Below are positions 63,223 through 64,000 of a DNA stretch of 64,000 nt, piece by piece. Source of the DNA: Candidatus Thorarchaeota archaeon (GTDB lineage Archaea; Asgardarchaeota; Thorarchaeia; Thorarchaeales; Thorarchaeaceae). The number at the start of each line of letters is the position of its first letter. Position 1 is the stretch's first letter. The DNA is taken from the NCBI GenBank assembly GCA_004524445.1, contig SDNP01000011.1, forward strand, positions 4,943 through 68,942. Reading direction: 5' to 3'. Below the pieces are notes generated by a model. It was not told the origin of the DNA and searched no databases. It was given only the letters and a program-made list of their open reading frames with translations. A program made the translations under genes and the position numbers.

Positions 63223-64000
63223 GTGACGTTTAAAGTTCTTGCTGTTCTATGTAGTCGAAAAGACGGTTATACGGCATCAGTTCTTTCCCATGCGATTGAA
63301 GGTGTCAAAGAGGTAGATGGTGCTGAAGTCGATGTGGTGCGCATTCATGATTTCAGTGTCAAGCCATGTATCAGCTGTTTTGCCTGTGTCAAGAAACCAG
63401 GGAGCGGTTGCATCATCAAAGATGACATGGGTGAGAAAGGAAAAGGTGAGTTGTGGGTTAAGACAACAAAGGCAAATGGGATGATTATAGCTGACCCGGT
63501 TCATATGTGGTCTTCGAGTGCAGGAGCACATGCCTTTATTGAGAGACTTTATCCATATCTCTGGACGGGCGAGATGAATGGAATGCCATTCTTCTATTTC
63601 TCATGTGCCTCAAATCAAGGTATGCAACGCTTTTCAGCAAAGGAGATGAACCGAAGAATGATCCCCTGGGGGGTCCGAATGATTGGTCCGTTAGATGTGC
63701 ATACCGCTTTCCTAAAGGATGCGTTTAAAGAGGCGCGGAAACTCGGTAAGAAGCTAGCATTGGAGGCCAAGAAAGATGCCGAAGAGGGAAGAAATGCCTT
63801 TGAGGATGAATATGAAAAATTCAAGTATTATCAAAAAACGATTATGCCCGCTTTAGACATATACATGGAAAATCTCTCTCAAGGGACAAACACGTACGAA
63901 AAATCGTTGTTCCCTGATGCCCTAGATGCATTTGAAAATGAAGAGGCAATACCTATTCTAGAAAAGGCTGCCAAGGAATTCAAAGAGGCACTAAAGCATT
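63223..64000 (+). CDS. flavodoxin-like / NADPH-dependent FMN reductase (iron-sulfur flavoprotein-like), 3'-truncated by the window edge
   Basis: GGAG lies 6 nt before the GTG at 63223. Hand translation gives VTFKVLAVLCSRKDGYTASVLSHAIEGVKEVDGAEVDVVRIHDFSVKPCISCFACVKKPGSGCIIKDDM...ANGMIIADPVHMWSSSA. The frame stays open to the window end and is not in the ORF track. Confidence 0.75.
   Translation, partial: MTFKVLAVLCSRKDGYTASVLSHAIEGVKEVDGAEVDVVRIHDFSVKPCISCFACVKKPGSGCIIKDDMGEKGKGELWVKTTKANGMIIADPVHMWSSSAGAHAFIERLYPYLWTGEMNGMPFFYFSCASNQGMQRFSAKEMNRRMIPWGVRMIGPLDVHTAFLKDAFKEARKLGKKLALEAKKDAEEGRNAFEDEYEKFKYYQKTIMPALDIYMENLSQGTNTYEKSLFPDALDAFENEEAIPILEKAAKEFKEALKH

Noticed and set aside
1-64000. 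I searched by eye for mobile elements, integrases, tRNA or rRNA genes and CRISPR arrays.
   Set aside because: I recognised none. Absence by eye is weak evidence, and tRNAscan, Infernal and ISfinder-type searches should be run to confirm it.

Overview
This is a gene-dense 64-kb window with about 65 protein-coding genes on both strands. Reading by eye I found no rRNA, tRNA, CRISPR array, transposase or integrase. The gene content points to an uncultivated archaeon. It includes MTH1187/YkoF-like and Mth938-like proteins, a stand-alone Lrp/AsnC ligand-binding domain, a DUF1931 histone-fold-like protein, an AmmeMemoRadiSam radical-SAM enzyme, an Ldh_2 oxidoreductase and giant surface proteins rich in N-x-S/T sequons. 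Signal usage also fits: AT-rich TATA-like boxes plus GGAGG/GGTGA ribosome-binding motifs 5-10 nt before starts, and frequent GTG/TTG starts. The exact lineage cannot be determined here. Most of the window is ordinary metabolism, repair and transport: a 2-oxoacid dehydrogenase E1 alpha/beta pair, a nitrilase-family hydrolase, MsrB, UvdE, pirin, endonuclease III, an ABCB-type heterodimeric exporter, a FecCD/BtuFCD-type uptake operon, and M14 and M20 peptidases. The part most worth a second look is a co-directional cluster at 37310..40035. It encodes a 353-aa protein that reads as three tandem longin/roadblock-like modules, then a V4R/Bet3(TRAPP)-like protein, a 4-TM protein and a zinc-ribbon protein. 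Alongside it is a 1952-aa surface protein (27446..33304) whose single TM helix is followed by a cytoplasmic longin/roadblock-like module and a winged-helix-like end. Together these suggest an undescribed membrane-associated regulatory or proto-trafficking module, but no small GTPase lies in the window. Several small genes are missing from the >=60-aa ORF track. These are a DUF1059-like gene, a DUF1931-like gene with an apparent CTG start and a lysine-rich tail, a 21-aa poly-lysine mini-ORF, a small ORF split by an in-frame TGA, and a 58-aa ORF with a paralogous fragment 1.2 kb away. All family assignments come from motif recognition by eye and no searches were run.
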